Positions 62,701-64,000 of a stretch of DNA of 64,000 bases are shown piece after piece. Origin of the DNA: Fonticula alba ATCC 38817 (lineage: Eukaryota > Protista > Nucleariida); the NCBI GenBank assembly GCA_000388065.2, contig KB932204.1; one strand, given 5' to 3'. Numbering within the stretch: position 1 is the stretch's first letter; every line of letters begins with the position of its first letter. Below the pieces are notes generated by a model that did no database searches, was not told the origin of the DNA, and worked only from the letters and a program-made list of their open reading frames with translations. Made by a program: the position numbers and the translations under genes.

Positions 62701-63780
62701 ACTCGGACTTGAAGCCGGCCAACTTCCTGCTGGTCAATGGTCAGCTGAAGCTAATTGACTTCGGCATTGCAGCCGCTGTCAAGTCCAACGAGACCAAACT
62801 CATTCGAGACTCACACGTGCGTCCCGTGTACTCCGGCCCTGCCTTGATTTCCCCCTTTTCAGCCTCATCTCACCTCCCTCGTCCCCCGACTGCTCCTTCA
62901 GATGGGCACGCTCAACTACATTTCTCCCGAGGCCCTGGTTGATGGGAATGGCGCCATGTCAGGTAGTCATAAGGTGCGCATTTGGCCTGGCCAGCCCATC
63001 TAGGCCTCGGTTCTCAAGTCTCGCCTCGAGAGGGGGAGAAGAGAATGCCAGCATTCACTTGCTCCCCTCAGGCGGTGGGCTGCAGCCATGTCTCCCTCCC
63101 TCCCTGCCCCTCCCCTGCCCCTCTCCTGCCCCTCTCCTGCCCCTCTCCTGCCCCTCTCCTGCCCCCCCCCCTTCCTAACCCTCTTTCCCTTTGACGGCGT
63201 GTAGATCAGTCGCAAGTCTGATGTCTGGTCACTCGGGTGCATTTTGTTCCAAATGGTGTACGAGCTGGCCCCCTTTGCGCATATCGACAGCCTGATTCCG
63301 AAAGTCCGGGCCATCACCGACCCGTTGCACGTCATTCGCGTCGAGCCCATCCGGCCGGTGGATAGCGTGCCCCTGCGGGATGTGATTGCCCGGTGCCTAC
63401 GCCGGGACCCCGACAGCCGGCCGACCGTGGCACAGCTCCTGCGTCATGCATTCCTCCGCCCGGATCGCCACCTGGCGCGGTACTTTGAAATCCGCCAGTC
63501 GGAGCGCTCTTTCACATCGCTGCGACTGAAGACACCGGCGGGCGAGGCCCCAGCAGGCAGCAGTGATCCTCTGGCCACCGGGTCTTCCCTGGAGCTGGCT
63601 GACGGGGACAACTCGGTCATCGAGTGGTGGATGGACGAGGAGGATGTTGTTGACAATGAGGCCCAGCTGTTGGGTCCCGGGGCCCGGCTCGGCGCTGGCA
63701 GCCGTGGCTCGCCCCCGTCATCCTCCCCCCTCCCCTCCTCGTCGTCCTCCTCGCAGCCGCCCTTTGCGAGCGGCCGGTAG
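58884..63780 (+). CDS. MPS1: Mps1/TTK spindle-checkpoint kinase with TPR-like domain and long low-complexity linkers
   Basis: [90 protein letters not shown]-like [21 protein letters not shown]. The start codon is uncertain. Confidence 0.94.
63103..63163 (+). repeat. 11-bp minisatellite (GCCCCTCTCCT)n in an MPS1 intron
   Basis: About 5 tandem copies visible. Confidence 0.85.
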
Positions 63781-64000
63781 CCCATCATCGTTGGCACTTG
63801 GCTAGCGGTGTGCGCTCATTTTCTCCCCTGTGCATATGCGCCGGTCGGTCGGTCGGTCCGTGCGTGCATGTGTGCATGTGTTGTGCATGCGTGTGTGTGT
63901 GTGTGTGTTTGGGCGCGCGTGCATGCTCCACGCCGTGACCCCCCCCTCGCAGGGGGGGGGGGACTGTTCTGCGGCAGGGGTCGGGCACGCTGATTCCCTT

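Noticed and set aside
1-64000. Transposons, introner-like repeated introns, viral genes, U12 (AT-AC) introns, CRISPR arrays
   Set aside because: No transposase, RT or viral motifs seen. Introns share only simple repeats, all traced junctions are GT-AG, and there are no regularly spaced repeat-spacer arrays.

Overview
Intron-rich, GC-rich nuclear DNA from a unicellular opisthokont. The GC content and the microsatellite/poly-C-filled introns resemble Fonticula alba, but that is inference from style, not a database match. I can support 16 protein-coding genes and one tRNA: SOD2 (5' partial), a long MRP/Ycf1-type ABCC transporter, a PX-BAR sorting nexin (5' end lost in a gap), a TRIC/TMEM38-like membrane protein, MSS1/GTPBP3, RPB12, a large ARMC8/Vid28-like ARM protein, ABCB8, a RUS1/DUF647 protein, TRF4/PAPD5, a KIF1/Unc-104 kinesin-3, ISCU, tRNA-Gln(CTG), NDUFA8, METTL16, RPL22 and MPS1/TTK. 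All introns I traced are GT-AG (mostly GTGCGT/GTACGT donors). There are six N-gaps. I found no transposon, viral insert or CRISPR array, and no demonstrably new multi-gene system. The best leads are a TRIC-like protein lacking its glycine pore motifs, an expanded ARMC8-like gene with an apparent frameshift, enrichment of mitochondrial genes including a head-to-head ABCB8/RUS1 pair, and an unexplained hairpin-rich island at about 47.2-47.5 kb.
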